64,000 nucleotides of DNA from Felis catus (lineage: Eukaryota), in NCBI RefSeq assembly GCF_018350175.1, contig NC_058368.1:87360001-87424000 (forward strand), written 5' to 3'. A program made the translations under genes and the position numbers. Below are positions 63,781-64,000 of the stretch, piece by piece (the stretch's first letter is position 1; every line of letters starts with the position of its first letter). The notes below the pieces were generated by a model that saw only the letters and a list, made by a program, of their open reading frames with translations, made no database searches and was not told the origin of the DNA.

Positions 63781-63807
63781 TTTTTTTTAATATAATTTAT
63801 TGTCAGT

Positions 63808-64000
63808 GGGGCACCTGGGTGGCTCAGTCGGTTAAACTTCCAACTTCGGCTCAGGTCATGATCTCACAATTCATGGGTTCAAGCCCTGTGCCAGGCTCTG
63901 TGCTGACAGCTCAGAGCCTGGAGCCTGCTTCAAATTCTGTGACTCCTTCTCTCTCTGTCCCTCCCCTGCTCATGTGCTCTCTCGCTCTCTCTCAAAACTA
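63808..64000 (+). mobile_element. Can-SINE (runs off the window end)
   Basis: ggggcacctgggtggctcagtcggttaa head; (CT)n. Confidence 0.92.

Overview
This is mammalian genomic DNA, not microbial. The SINEC_Fc-type Can-SINEs and felid-type LINE-1s point to a feliform carnivore (cat family or a close relative). The window holds two genes in convergent (tail-to-tail) orientation. (1) A single-exon class II olfactory receptor of family 2 (OR2H-like) on + at about 1872-2819; its frame is intact but the expected initiator position is CTG, not ATG. (2) Coding exons 2-9 of the inflammasome sensor NLRP3 on -, from 63025 down to the stop at 16732. All splice sites are GT-AG with matching phases, and the PYD exon lies beyond the window end. 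The rest is dominated by repeats: about 26 Can-SINEs, MaLR/ERVL LTRs, old L1/L2/MIR fragments, and a pile of about 21 kb of LINE-1 copies antisense to NLRP3 that inflates one LRR intron to 28.6 kb. I found no evidence of a wholly new biological system. The best leads are lineage-specific regulatory changes: apparent loss of the miR-223 seed site in the NLRP3 3'UTR, a possible CUG-initiated OR, a shortened exon 2, possible intronic polyadenylation giving LRR-less NLRP3, and absence of the OR2B11 gene that abuts NLRP3 in human. Comparisons to human and mouse are from memory and need alignment.
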